A stretch of DNA of 64,000 bases, taken from an uncultured Nitrososphaerota archaeon. Lineage in GTDB: Archaea; Thermoproteota; Nitrososphaeria; Nitrososphaerales; Gagatemarchaeaceae. A program made the translations under genes and the position numbers. The notes below the pieces were generated by a model, which saw nothing but the letters and a program-made list of their open reading frames with translations, had not been told where the DNA came from and did no database searches. Positions 10,150 through 20,116 of the stretch are shown piece by piece. The stretch's first letter is position 1. Each line of letters opens with the position of its first letter. The stretch is from contig CAVRAG010000008.1 in NCBI GenBank assembly GCA_963718895.1, positions 320,001 through 384,000 on the forward strand. The letters are read 5' to 3'.

Positions 10150-10677
10150 TTGACAGGGGAGGAGAAGAGAGTTCCAGTAAAGGTCTCTCGGACTCCCGGA
10201 GAGGAAGATTCGCGAGCGGGGGCCAGTGGAGACGTCGATGGCGCCGACGGCGCCGACGAGAGCCTAGAGAACGAGCTAGGGCGCTTGGAGAGCGCGGCGG
10301 CCGCGGGTCCCGGGCTCGCGACCAAGCATCGGCCCAGTTACATCGCCGAGATGTGGCGCGTCTACACCGATCTCTTTGACACCGGCGAGGAGTATCGAGT
10401 CCTGATAGAGGTCCCCGCCATCCAGAAGGAAGGACTGAACGTCACCGTCTCGACCAAGGAAATCAGGGTATTGGTCGGGGGCAGAAGCGGAATCCCCGCC
10501 GACGCGGGATACGGTCAAGCGAGGAGAACAGACTCGAAGATATTAAGGACTGTGGTCCTCCCCGAAGAAGTCATGGCCGCCAGAGCCGAAGCGAATCTCA
10601 ACAACGGTGTGCTTGAAGTCAAGGTCCCTAAGAGGAGTCCGACCGACGGATCGAAGCACTGGACCCTCATCAGGTAG
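10150..10677 (+). CDS. Hsp20/alpha-crystallin small heat shock protein
   Basis: DLFDTGEEYRVLIEVP; AEANLNNGVLEVKVPK. Confidence 0.88.
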   Translation: MTGEEKRVPVKVSRTPGEEDSRAGASGDVDGADGADESLENELGRLESAAAAGPGLATKHRPSYIAEMWRVYTDLFDTGEEYRVLIEVPAIQKEGLNVTVSTKEIRVLVGGRSGIPADAGYGQARRTDSKILRTVVLPEEVMAARAEANLNNGVLEVKVPKRSPTDGSKHWTLIR

Positions 10678-10718
10678 CTGGGGCTCATGCAAAAAGCGAT
10701 TGGAGAGTAGAGCTCAGG

Positions 10719-11150
10719 TTGCTCTTCGTAAATGACATAATGTCATCGAAGGTCAAGACCATCGAAGGTTCATCGTCTATCCTTGAGGCTGCCGTGCTCA
10801 TGGACAAGTCTAGGATAGGTTCCCTGGTCATAATCGGTCGGGGAGGCCCGGTCGGGATTGTAACCGAGGGGGACATCTCGAGGGCGGTCGCAAAGCGCCT
10901 GGAGGTCGCAAAGGTTCACGTAGAATCGATCATGAGCAAGCCTCTGATCACAGCGAAGCGCGAAATGCGCGTCGAAGAAGCGGCAAAGCTCATGGCCGAT
11001 TCGCACGTGAAGAAGCTGCCGGTCGTCGACTACGGCCGCCTGGTGGGGATGGTCACACAAACGGACATCGTGGGAGCGAGCTTCAGCCTCGTGAGCTCTC
11101 TGAAGGAGATGGTCCGTGCACGTTACAGCCCTCCGGACTTTGAGCCCTAG
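10719..11150 (+). CDS. CBS-domain pair protein
   Basis: GIVTEGDI and GMVTQTDI repeats. Confidence 0.92.
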   Translation: MLFVNDIMSSKVKTIEGSSSILEAAVLMDKSRIGSLVIIGRGGPVGIVTEGDISRAVAKRLEVAKVHVESIMSKPLITAKREMRVEEAAKLMADSHVKKLPVVDYGRLVGMVTQTDIVGASFSLVSSLKEMVRARYSPPDFEP

Positions 11151-11245
11151 CCCCCCAGACTCCTCAGAGTGGCCAACAGCCCGGCCAGCATATGGGAGCG
11201 CAAACCCACGGTTCTCTTCGTCGAGGAGGGCAGATCCCTGACGCG

Positions 11246-11887
11246 TCAGGCTTCCGGCTCGGCCGTACCGAGTGCACGACGCACTGCGGCATCTTCGACC
11301 TGTCCGAACTCACCATAAAAGCCGCCTATTGCGTAGAAAGGCTCCGGCGTCTCGAGGCAGATTACCCGATCGGCCAGCTTCGAGAGTTTGGCGATAGATT
11401 CAGGGGGTCCCACTGGAACGGCGAGTATCACGATTGCCGCTTTCATCCGCCTAACAGATTGAATGGCGGCCCGGACGGTCGAACCGGTCGCAACCCCGTC
11501 GTCGACGATTACCACGGTCTTTCCTACGGGATCCGGGGCGGGGCGGTCGCCTCTGTAGCTCCTCATCCTCCTGCTCACCTCCGCGCTCTGCTCAGCTCCC
11601 TCTCGAACCAGATAGGAATCGGGAACTCGGAGCATCCTCACGAGTTCCGGTTCGATGATCAATTCGCCGTCCTGGGTTACGGCACCTACGGCCAGTTCGG
11701 GGTTCCCGGGAGCACCGATCTTTCGAGTTATTATCAGGTCGAGAGGTGCGCCTATCGCGTCGGCAACTTCCTTTCCGACGATTACGCCTCCACGAGGGAT
11801 CGCAAGGACGATTACATTCTTGTCGCCTCTCAGGAAACTCAGCGATTCGGCCAGCAGGCGGCCAGCTTCCTTTCTATCCTTGAACAA
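11246..11887 (-). CDS. Phosphoribosyltransferase family protein
   Basis: FKDRKEAG, AIPRGG, VIVDDGVATGST. Confidence 0.92.
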   Translation of the reverse strand: MFKDRKEAGRLLAESLSFLRGDKNVIVLAIPRGGVIVGKEVADAIGAPLDLIITRKIGAPGNPELAVGAVTQDGELIIEPELVRMLRVPDSYLVREGAEQSAEVSRRMRSYRGDRPAPDPVGKTVVIVDDGVATGSTVRAAIQSVRRMKAAIVILAVPVGPPESIAKLSKLADRVICLETPEPFYAIGGFYGEFGQVEDAAVRRALGTAEPEA

Positions 11888-12236
11888 CGAGGTTCAACTC
11901 GGATAGCACGACGTCGACCGCCCGAGTCCCGGACGGACCCCACCCCGTTGCAGATGCCTTCGGGAATGTGCGTTCATGCTCAACAAGCAACGGTCTCGTT
12001 CCCGTGTCATATATCTCGCACCCCGGCGCGCTCTCTCCCTCGCCCGTCGCAGCACCGACCAAGACCAGGAATCAGAGGGAGAGACTCACCCACCTAGGCG
12101 GGATGGTCGAGTTCTCGGTCGGGCTTATCGGGTACAAGCCCGCCGGTCATCCCCTTCAGCAGGGTCGACGAAGAAATCCTCGGCTCTGAGAGGCATGCGC
12201 CCCCTTAAATTGAAGTGTGTCGGCGCAGCGGCCGAG

Positions 12237-12674
12237 TTGTCTCACACGCAGGGGTTCAAACGGGTCCTGGTCGCCGTGGACGGCTCAGCGGTCTCGATCC
12301 GAGCGGCGGAGCAGGCGGCTAGGATAGCCAAGCAGAACGGGGCTCAACTACTGGCCCTGCACGTGGTCCCGACCCCACCTTTTGAGTCGGTCGGGGAGCT
12401 CGGAGAGTACTACAACATCGCCCGACGGGAGGCGAAGAAGTGGGTGAAGGGGGTAGAGGAGATCGCGGAGAGCCACGGGCTGGCAGTGAAGGTCGAGATC
12501 ATCGTTGGCGCGTACTCCGTCGTGGACACAATAGTAGGGTACGCAGAGACCAGCTCTGTCGACCTAATCGTCAGCGGGACGAGGGGGAGGACTCCCTCCG
12601 CGAGGATGCGCATCGGAAGCGTCGCGTCCGGCCTCGTGGAGTACGCGGGGTGCGCCGTCCTGGTGATACGGTAG
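12237..12674 (+). CDS. Universal stress protein (UspA family)
   Basis: VLVAVDGS...DLIVSGTRG...IGSVA; TTG start about 30 bp after a TTAAAT box. Confidence 0.9.
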   Translation: MSHTQGFKRVLVAVDGSAVSIRAAEQAARIAKQNGAQLLALHVVPTPPFESVGELGEYYNIARREAKKWVKGVEEIAESHGLAVKVEIIVGAYSVVDTIVGYAETSSVDLIVSGTRGRTPSARMRIGSVASGLVEYAGCAVLVIR

Positions 12675-12698
12675 AGGTCTTCCCAAGAGGCGATCAGG

Positions 12699-14309
12699 TT
12701 GGCCGTTGCTCGCCTCAGCAGGGTCACGTTGGAAGCCCCCAAGGGCGAGCTGGGCCTGGTCCTGGCAAGGCTAATCAAGTTCGGAGCGTTTCACCCGTCG
12801 AAGAGCGAAGGGATGGTCCAGGACGTCGGGTTGCTCATGCTCGGGTCGAGGGCCCAGGCGGTAAACGCACGGGCGACGGAGCTGCTCGGCAAGGAAGGCG
12901 CCAAGCGCGAAGGTAGCCCGTCGGTTCTCGAGCGATTTCAGGCGCACACTATAGACGAACTTGTAAGTTCGCTCGAGGAGTTTGTCGAGATAATCGAGAA
13001 GAACCTCTCGCTCTTCACGGAGGACGAGGACAGGAGAGGCATAATCGACGTGCTTCTGGGGGTCCGAGAAGCCTCTGCCATGATCTTCGGGGACCTTCAG
13101 AAGATCCTCGTCTTTCCACGGAGCGACGGGTCGGTAAGGTTAGAAGGTTTCATCGCAGCAGGGTCGGCCAAGTCGTTTAGCAGTCAGCTTGGCCAGTATG
13201 TCCACTCGGTTGAGCAGGTCAAGACCCAGGACAAGGGCAGCCCCTACGTTCCCACGCTTCTGGTCAATCCGAGAATCATATCGATCTTCGAAGACCTTAC
13301 CCTCCAGAGAGGCCTGCCACGCTACGGCCAGGTCGACCCGACGCCGATAATTGCGTTCGTCTTCCCCCTCTTCTTTGGGATAATGTTCGCCGACATCGGC
13401 CACGGGATCGCACTGCTCGCTTTCGGTCTGTATCTTGTCAACAGGACGGCCTACAGGGGCTGGGGGAAGCAGGTCATCGTACTGAGCTCATCGACGATGG
13501 TCTTCGGGTTCATCAGAGGGTCCATCTTCGGATTGACGTTCCCGTCACCCCTTGGAAGCGTGGTCCCTCTGCCCCCCGGGTTAAGCGCCTCCTTCACTCT
13601 GTCCTCCGTCCCGTTCCTGCTCGAGGTCGCGGTGGTCGTGGGGACTTTCCATCTGGCGAGCGGCTACTGGATAGCTTTCGTCAACCAAGAGCACGCGGGC
13701 AACTACGTCGATGCGTTCCTGAACCGGCTCCCCACGGTCGTTCTGTATGTGTTCATCGTCCTCTTCGGCCTTGCGGTCGTGGGGACGACCTTGGACCTCG
13801 GCGTCCTCTTTACCAGCGCGGCCCCCACGCCGGTCTTCGACGACCTGCTCGGACTGAGAATACCTGTATCGGCGACGGCCACGCTCTCGCTCCCGGTGAT
13901 CGTCGCGACCTTCTCGCTCATCGTGATTGGCCACCCCATTGGGGAATACCTGGCGTACAGAAACCTTAGGGGCACCGCAAAGGCCTTCGCCTCGGGGCTG
14001 GTCGACGCCGTCGTCAAGCCCTTTGAGTTCTTCGTCAACACCATCAGCTACGTGAGACTGGGCGTCCTCCTGATCACGACGACGCTCCTCGGCAGTCTGG
14101 TTGCGGGGGTGATGTCGGAGGGGATAGCAGGCGCCCTCGTAGCCATCCTACTGAACGTCGTTGTGATAGCTCTGGAGGGTGTGATTGTCTACATCCAGGA
14201 CATGCGGCTCCAGCTCTATGAATGGTTCTCCGAGTTCTACGTCGGGAACGGGACTCCGTTCGTGGGCTTGGTCTCAGGCGGCAGCCACTTCGTCGTCAGT
14301 TGGACCTGA
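12699..14309 (+). CDS. A/V-type ATP synthase subunit I (a) homolog, stand-alone
   Basis: PRYGQVDPTP, FFGIMFADIGHG, NTISYVRL, RLQLYEWFSEFY. Confidence 0.88.
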   Translation: MAVARLSRVTLEAPKGELGLVLARLIKFGAFHPSKSEGMVQDVGLLMLGSRAQAVNARATELLGKEGAKREGSPSVLERFQAHTIDELVSSLEEFVEIIEKNLSLFTEDEDRRGIIDVLLGVREASAMIFGDLQKILVFPRSDGSVRLEGFIAAGSAKSFSSQLGQYVHSVEQVKTQDKGSPYVPTLLVNPRIISIFEDLTLQRGLPRYGQVDPTPIIAFVFPLFFGIMFADIGHGIALLAFGLYLVNRTAYRGWGKQVIVLSSSTMVFGFIRGSIFGLTFPSPLGSVVPLPPGLSASFTLSSVPFLLEVAVVVGTFHLASGYWIAFVNQEHAGNYVDAFLNRLPTVVLYVFIVLFGLAVVGTTLDLGVLFTSAAPTPVFDDLLGLRIPVSATATLSLPVIVATFSLIVIGHPIGEYLAYRNLRGTAKAFASGLVDAVVKPFEFFVNTISYVRLGVLLITTTLLGSLVAGVMSEGIAGALVAILLNVVVIALEGVIVYIQDMRLQLYEWFSEFYVGNGTPFVGLVSGGSHFVVSWT

Positions 14310-14317
14310 GCCTCGCT

Positions 14318-16177
14318 TCACCGCGCGTTGTTCAGGGTAGCGAACGCCTCCATCGTCATCGGCTCGAGGGGGACCCTCTCCCCGTCGAAGACGGCGGTGT
14401 CGTATCTCCCGAACAGGCGGTGAACACCGTGGTCCATCTCCTCGGCAAGACCGAGAAACATCGTCCGCAGGAACGCCGTACCGACCCTCAGGCCGCTGGT
14501 GCCTTCCCACTCGAGCTCCTCCTTCTTGAAGAGCGTGTCCGCGTTCGCCTCCTTCACCATATCCTGGATAGCGCTCAGCGCAGCGTGCCTCTTGTCCTCT
14601 GGCAGAGTGAGGGCCGCCTCGACGGCCTCCATCGCCGTCCTGGCCGCCGTCTGGTGCTTCTTGACGTGGTTGTAGGTCTCCGCGCTGACGAGCCCGTACT
14701 TGAACTTCAGTTCGTTCAGTTCGCCGGCGGCGTCGTAGCTCGCCGCTATTATCTCGTCTCGGCACATGGCATCGGTCTCATACGAGAGGATCGACTTCCA
14801 GGTGGGTTCGAGCAAAGCCATCCTGTGGTCCTCGAGCGTGCGGTAGAAGTGCCTGTAGCCGTACTTCGGGTCCTCGTAGGCGCCGCAGCCAGGGTCGAGA
14901 AACGGCCCCATCGGCGATATGAAGAACTGGAGACGGGAGTCGGCTCCGAAGCGCTTGATCAGGCTCTCACAATAGGGCACGCTACCCATCGCGCTCTCAT
15001 ATGTCTGGTGAGGTATCCCGACCATGAAGAAGAGGTCCAGCTTGGCACATCCGTGTGAGAGGGCGCTCGCTATGGTGTCTTCCACCCTGCCGTTGGAGAC
15101 TGGGAACTTGAGACAGTCCTGCTTTCGAAGCTTCTCATCCTGGGTCTCGATGGTCACCTCGATGCTCCACCGGCGGACGCTGTCTCTGATCATCTCGAAG
15201 TACTCGTCCCCCGCCGGGTAGAAGAGCTCAGACACGAACTCGTTGGGCATCTTCTGCTCCTTGAGGAGCGAGAAGAACCTCTGGGCGCGGGCGAGGCCGC
15301 CTATCCGAGGGTCATGGACCATCATTATCGGGCTTCGGGAGAAGGACATTATCGACCTGACGTCGGAGACCAGCTTCTCGGGAGACCTGAACGCCGGCCA
15401 CGAGCGTTCGCAGACGCGCTCGTATGCGGATCGCGAACCTCCGCAGGTCGAGCAGTCTAGGGTGCACCCCCTCGAGTTGAGGAGCATGGTCGTCGGATGC
15501 TGGAGCCAGCGAAGGTATGGGGAGATATCCTCCATGCTCCGGTACTTGAACATCAGCCTTATCGCGTAGAGATAGTCCGGCACGTCGACGTAGTCGAGGT
15601 CGCCAGGGATGAACGTGAGGGGATTGACGACCACTTCTCCGTCGGGACGCTTCCATGTGAGGTTCTCGACCGAGTCCAGGGGCTGACCCCGCTTTATGGC
15701 GTGGAGCAGTTGTCGACACGGCTCTTCGGTCGAGTCGCCGCGGATCACAAAGTCGACGTAGGGGTACCTAATCAGCTCCTCGTGGTAGTAGCTCGAGGAG
15801 AGCCCTCCCATGAGGACATAGCTTAGAGGATGAATCCTCTTGACGAGCTCGGCGATGGCGAGTGCTCCGTTGGCGTGGGGGAGCCAGTGCAGGTCTATAC
15901 CGAAGACGGTCGAGCGCATCCTGCGCAGCCTCGCCTCGACGTCATAGTGCGGGTCCCGGAGCATCCTGTAGGCCAGATTCACAAGCGCGACGTTGTACTG
16001 GTTCTTCCCGAGGTAGGATGCGATGCTGGTGAGGCCTACCGGATACATCTCGAACTCGTCGGTCGATGGGATGGCGTCCGCAACCGGACCCTGCATGATC
16101 GTCTTCTTTCTGAAGTCATAGACCGACGGAGCGTGCAGCAGCGTCAGATCTGTCCGGAATACGTCGCTCAATCCCAA
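14318..16177 (-). CDS. B12-binding domain / radical SAM protein
   Basis: N-terminal cobalamin-binding-type domain (FGIDLHW, GGLSSS); CTLDCSTC radical SAM motif. Confidence 0.9.
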   Translation of the reverse strand: MGLSDVFRTDLTLLHAPSVYDFRKKTIMQGPVADAIPSTDEFEMYPVGLTSIASYLGKNQYNVALVNLAYRMLRDPHYDVEARLRRMRSTVFGIDLHWLPHANGALAIAELVKRIHPLSYVLMGGLSSSYYHEELIRYPYVDFVIRGDSTEEPCRQLLHAIKRGQPLDSVENLTWKRPDGEVVVNPLTFIPGDLDYVDVPDYLYAIRLMFKYRSMEDISPYLRWLQHPTTMLLNSRGCTLDCSTCGGSRSAYERVCERSWPAFRSPEKLVSDVRSIMSFSRSPIMMVHDPRIGGLARAQRFFSLLKEQKMPNEFVSELFYPAGDEYFEMIRDSVRRWSIEVTIETQDEKLRKQDCLKFPVSNGRVEDTIASALSHGCAKLDLFFMVGIPHQTYESAMGSVPYCESLIKRFGADSRLQFFISPMGPFLDPGCGAYEDPKYGYRHFYRTLEDHRMALLEPTWKSILSYETDAMCRDEIIAASYDAAGELNELKFKYGLVSAETYNHVKKHQTAARTAMEAVEAALTLPEDKRHAALSAIQDMVKEANADTLFKKEELEWEGTSGLRVGTAFLRTMFLGLAEEMDHGVHRLFGRYDTAVFDGERVPLEPMTMEAFATLNNAR

Positions 16178-16300
16178 AATACACCACTCCGCGGTTCCGA
16201 GATGCAGGCATTTTCGGCCCCAATAAGACTATTGGGTCGACTGACAGGATCCACCGTGGCTGACATCAGATAAATACGGGAATCAACTTCATAGAAGGCA

Positions 16301-16546
16301 GTGGGAATGATGAACGGGGACGAAGACGCGGTCGTGCAGGAGAGGGAGGAGGAAGCAGAACCCGACGTCGAGCCGGCGGAGGAAGAGGAGGAGGACAATT
16401 TAGAAGAAGAGACGGAAGTGGAGTCCGAGGATCGGGAATCGGAAGAGATCGAGGATAGAGAGGGCCAGACGGCTGGGAAGAGCCCTGTATTGAAGAAGCG
16501 GGTCAGGGGTGGGAAGAAAGCAGGAAAGAAGCCCAAGGTTCGGTGA
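16301..16546 (+). CDS. Small acidic/basic low-complexity protein
   Basis: Glu-rich N-terminus, Lys-rich C-terminus; AT-rich box upstream. Confidence 0.5.
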   Translation: MGMMNGDEDAVVQEREEEAEPDVEPAEEEEEDNLEEETEVESEDRESEEIEDREGQTAGKSPVLKKRVRGGKKAGKKPKVR

Positions 16547-16644
16547 AATCTCTTCACGTTGGGCGAGACTTGTCGGTCTCGCCGCTCTTCTGCCGAGCGG
16601 TGCCGCGGCTCCGCTCGCAGGTGTCTCGGTCGTCCAGGTGATAG

Positions 16645-17079
16645 TCATGGCACAAGCACAACCGGGATTGTTGAGTTCTCGACGACCCGGCGGGAGACGC
16701 TCCCGAGGGACCGGATGCGACCTAGATGATGAAGACCGAAGACCCCGATAACTATCATACTGGCTTTCCTGCGCTTGGCGATGTCGAGTATCAGGTCGGC
16801 AGGGTTTCCGGTGTTGGTGACCACCTCGTACTCAAGGCCCTCGTTCCTGAGGAGGCTTCCCAGCGAACCCCCTATCCTCTGCGAGACCTGCTCGAAGTAT
16901 GTTGCGGGGTCGAGCCCTTCGACCTTGGTGTACTCGACATATCCGCTGGGGACGCGGGGATCCGGGATGATGTTGACCAGCAGTATGCGGGCAGGTATCG
17001 ACTTCGCGAGCTGGGCGGCGTAGTCGACCACCTTGGCGGAATGCTGCGACCCGTCCACGGCGACGACTATCTGATCCAT
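16645..17079 (-). CDS. Universal stress protein (UspA family)
   Basis: IVVAVDGS...LGSVSRRVV. Confidence 0.92.
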   Translation of the reverse strand: MDQIVVAVDGSQHSAKVVDYAAQLAKSIPARILLVNIIPDPRVPSGYVEYTKVEGLDPATYFEQVSQRIGGSLGSLLRNEGLEYEVVTNTGNPADLILDIAKRRKASMIVIGVFGLHHLGRIRSLGSVSRRVVENSTIPVVLVP

Positions 17080-17221
17080 GCGAACCGAGGTCGCCTCCGG
17101 CTATATAATGCGGGTAGACAATTCCCAAGTTTGACAATTTGCAGCCGCCGTGGAGCTGATCGGGACGTGCCGGTGTCTTTCTCACTCCAGAGGAGATCAG
17201 GACGGGACGCGCGACCGGGGC

Positions 17222-17956
17222 TTACTTCCACTTCGTGAGTATCTCTTCTCTCTCGAATGTGGTCCTGCTGACATAGAAGAGCGCGACATCCGCGAGGAGG
17301 AGGATCCCCGAGATGATCAGCAGGTGAGGGGGGTCGATTGCGAACGCGTTTGTCTGCGCGAGGATGAATATCGCCACGAGGGGCAAGATGATCATCGTGC
17401 CCAGCTGTTGCGCCGCCCGGATGTCATTCACCTTGGACGAGATTATGATGCTGAACTCGACGCTCATGACGCAGGCCAGGGGAGCCGCCGAGAGCAGGAT
17501 CACGGCGGCGTTCACGTTTGGAAAGAGGAGGTAGCCGAGCTGGCTTGAGGTCGAGGCGTCGACGATTGTCATGAAGACGACCGCACCAACGTAGGTTGCG
17601 GCGATTGAGGGAAGGAAGGCCGCCAGACTCTTCCCGAAGAGCAACTCACTGTCGGTCGTCGGCGTCGCGAGGAGGGGTTCCAGGCTCTTCTCCACCTTCT
17701 CCCCGATGAAGCTGTACGCACCGATGACCGAGGGGAGCAGGGCGGCGAGCATGATGAATATGGTGAACTCGCCGCCGAACAGCCTGCCCAGCGTCGCTGC
17801 CGGGATCTCCCCGGGAGTCGTCGAGAAGAGGATGCTCGCGGGGAGCAAGACCGAGATGGCGAGGGGACCCGCGACGAGGGAGTAGAGTATGTACCTCTTC
17901 CGGCGGAAGATCCCGAAGTCCTTCATGGTCACGATCCAAGCCTGCGAGAACCTCAT
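17222..17956 (-). CDS. ABC-2 type transporter permease
   Basis: GEKVEKSLEPLLATP motif; multiple TM helices. Confidence 0.9.
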   Translation of the reverse strand: MRFSQAWIVTMKDFGIFRRKRYILYSLVAGPLAISVLLPASILFSTTPGEIPAATLGRLFGGEFTIFIMLAALLPSVIGAYSFIGEKVEKSLEPLLATPTTDSELLFGKSLAAFLPSIAATYVGAVVFMTIVDASTSSQLGYLLFPNVNAAVILLSAAPLACVMSVEFSIIISSKVNDIRAAQQLGTMIILPLVAIFILAQTNAFAIDPPHLLIISGILLLADVALFYVSRTTFEREEILTKWK

Positions 17957-18885
17957 CGTCCCTTCTCCCCGCCCTTCAGCAGGCGCAGATAGATGTCCTC
18001 GAGCGTGGGTCTGAGCTCCGTGACGAACCGAACGTCCCCACCCGCTCCGACCACGGCGCGGACCAACGAAGGGTTCTCCTTCTCCGGGTCGGTCACGTCC
18101 ACCACGACCTTCGTCCCGCCGACGGTCTCGACGTTCGCAACGCCCAGATTCCTGATGGCCGATAATATCGCCTCGTTGACGCTGCCGAGGTGGAGGACGG
18201 TCTTCCTGCCCCAGAGCGAGGCCCTCAGCTCCTCCGGCGACCCGACCGCCACGAGAGAGGTCTTCAGGATGCCTATGCGGTCGCAGACCCGCTGAGCCTC
18301 GTCCAGGTTGTGGGTGTTGAGGAATATCGTCCGCTTCTCCTTCTTGAGCTCGAAGATGAAATCCCGGACGGTCTTGGCGGACTCCGGGTCCAGGTTGGCG
18401 GTCGGCTCGTCAAGGAAGAGGACCTTCGGGTCATGGATGAGCGAGCGGGCTATGGCCACCTTCTGTTTCATCCCCTTGGAGTAGGTTCCCACGAGGTCGT
18501 TCCTCCTCTCCCAGAGGCCGAGCATCTTGAGCATACGCTCGGCGCGCTCGCTCACCTGCTGCTTAGTGCAACGATAGAGCTGGCCGTAGAAGTCGAGATT
18601 CCTGTAGGCCGTGAGGTCCTCGTAGAGGCCCACGTTCTCGGGGAGGACGCCGACCATCTGCCTGATTTTGAGCTGGTCTTCTCTCCGCCCGATTCGGAAG
18701 CCCCCAATCGTCGCGTCCCCGCTCGTCTTGGAGATCAGGCAGCAGAGCATCCTGACCGTCGTCGTCTTTCCGGCGCCGTTCGGCCCGAGGAACCCGAAGA
18801 CCTCGCCCTCTTTCACATCGAGGGTCAAGTCTCGGACAGCGGTGACGCCCCCGAACGTCTTGGTGAGGTCCTGCGCTTCTATCAT
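17953..18885 (-). CDS. ABC transporter ATP-binding protein
   Basis: GPNGAGKTT, YSKGMKQK, LFLDEPT. Confidence 0.95.
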   Translation of the reverse strand: MIEAQDLTKTFGGVTAVRDLTLDVKEGEVFGFLGPNGAGKTTTVRMLCCLISKTSGDATIGGFRIGRREDQLKIRQMVGVLPENVGLYEDLTAYRNLDFYGQLYRCTKQQVSERAERMLKMLGLWERRNDLVGTYSKGMKQKVAIARSLIHDPKVLFLDEPTANLDPESAKTVRDFIFELKKEKRTIFLNTHNLDEAQRVCDRIGILKTSLVAVGSPEELRASLWGRKTVLHLGSVNEAILSAIRNLGVANVETVGGTKVVVDVTDPEKENPSLVRAVVGAGGDVRFVTELRPTLEDIYLRLLKGGEKGR

Positions 18886-18906
18886 CGCACGCGTGCTTCG
18901 TGGAGA

Positions 18907-19167
18907 TTAGTCAGAGTCCTTGGTCTCTTCGTACTTGGACTCGTCCATACGCTTCTGCCTCAGTTCTTCGTCTGTCAGAGGCGTCTGGGTCTCGCCCCCC
19001 TCCTTCGCCTCCGGCGGCCAGGTTATCGGGTCGCTCACGAAGTTGTTCATCATGCTGTTCTTTCCGCATGCCGGACACTTGGTGTATCTCCAGGGACCTA
19101 TGTGGATGAGGCTCGGACTGAGCTTGATCTCGAAGACCGCTCCACACTTCGGGCACTTGCCTCTCAT
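18907..19167 (-). CDS. Small zinc-ribbon protein
   Basis: CPKC...CPAC; co-oriented upstream of the ABC genes. Confidence 0.7.
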   Translation of the reverse strand: MRGKCPKCGAVFEIKLSPSLIHIGPWRYTKCPACGKNSMMNNFVSDPITWPPEAKEGGETQTPLTDEELRQKRMDESKYEETKDSD

Positions 19168-19300
19168 GTTGGGACCGGCGGTCCGTCTCTTACTAATCCG
19201 TTTCTATAGGCAAGGTGACTCGAGCACTTTGCCCGGTAGGTGCGTCGTAGGTCGAGCCTGCAAGCCAAGGCTAAAATAAACGCAGGAGCACCGTGATGGG

Positions 19301-19720
19301 ATGGTTGCCAGACCCCGCGGCCGAAGGAGCAAGCCCGAAACGAGCCAGGAGATCCTCGCAGGCAAGATCGCAGAAGTCATCATAGACTGCGACACTTCGG
19401 TCCTCAGCCTCCTGGTCGTCAGTAGAGAGGGAAAGGTCTTGGCGATCGGGAGGTCGAAGAGGCTAGCCAGGGCGGACTATCTGGACGACAACCTGATGCC
19501 CAAGCTTGGGGTCCTGGCAAAGGTGATCATGGGAGCCGCAGACAACGAGGCTGACCTGATGGGCGACATGGAGTTCTTGATCGGCGCGTTCAAGAACCAG
19601 AAGATAGTGCTGATCGACCTGCCCGAGAAGGGGCTGGCACTGGCGCTGCGGGTATCGCGGTCCGCGATCGCAGAGTACGTCTGCAACAAGATCGCAAAAA
19701 TCGTGGCTGAAATGGACTAG
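19301..19720 (+). CDS. Roadblock/LC7-like hypothetical protein
   Basis: Size and pattern (LLVVSREGKVLA ... IVLIDL...LALRV). Confidence 0.5.
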   Translation: MVARPRGRRSKPETSQEILAGKIAEVIIDCDTSVLSLLVVSREGKVLAIGRSKRLARADYLDDNLMPKLGVLAKVIMGAADNEADLMGDMEFLIGAFKNQKIVLIDLPEKGLALALRVSRSAIAEYVCNKIAKIVAEMD

Positions 19721-19817
19721 CCCGCTTCAAATCGTCCCTGGACCGCTCGTCAAGGCGCGTCCGTCATCCGGAAGACGAGTTAGCAATATAACGCCCACCG
19801 GCAGACCGCGCATGGGA

Positions 19818-20015
19818 TCAGGTCCAGAATCTTCGCGGCTGCTTCGGTGCGAACTTCCCATTATCCATCTCGTCCTCGAAGATCAGCGCCTCGCACAGCT
19901 GGCATTCGTAGGCCTTCCTGCCGGAGGGTCTTCCCTCCAACGCTGACAGTCTGTCGGCCCAGGCTTGCTCCACGGAGGAGACTGGACGGTGGCAGAGCTC
20001 GCAGCGAATGTCCAC
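19818..20015 (-). CDS. Small zinc-finger protein
   Basis: CELC...CQLC. Confidence 0.55.
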   Translation of the reverse strand: MDIRCELCHRPVSSVEQAWADRLSALEGRPSGRKAYECQLCEALIFEDEMDNGKFAPKQPRRFWT

Positions 20016-20116
20016 TTCCTTATCGATGGTCCACTATCATGTAAGTGTTCCCAAGTGGGAGCATGGCTAGGACTCTCGGTTCCTCCGCTCGCCGAATTTG
20101 CTGGTGGAGCGCGACC

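Noticed and set aside
11192-12097. Long alternative ORFs such as 11192..12097, 18190..19209, 26016..26990 and 52506..53840
   Set aside because: They are antisense shadows of real genes in GC-rich DNA.
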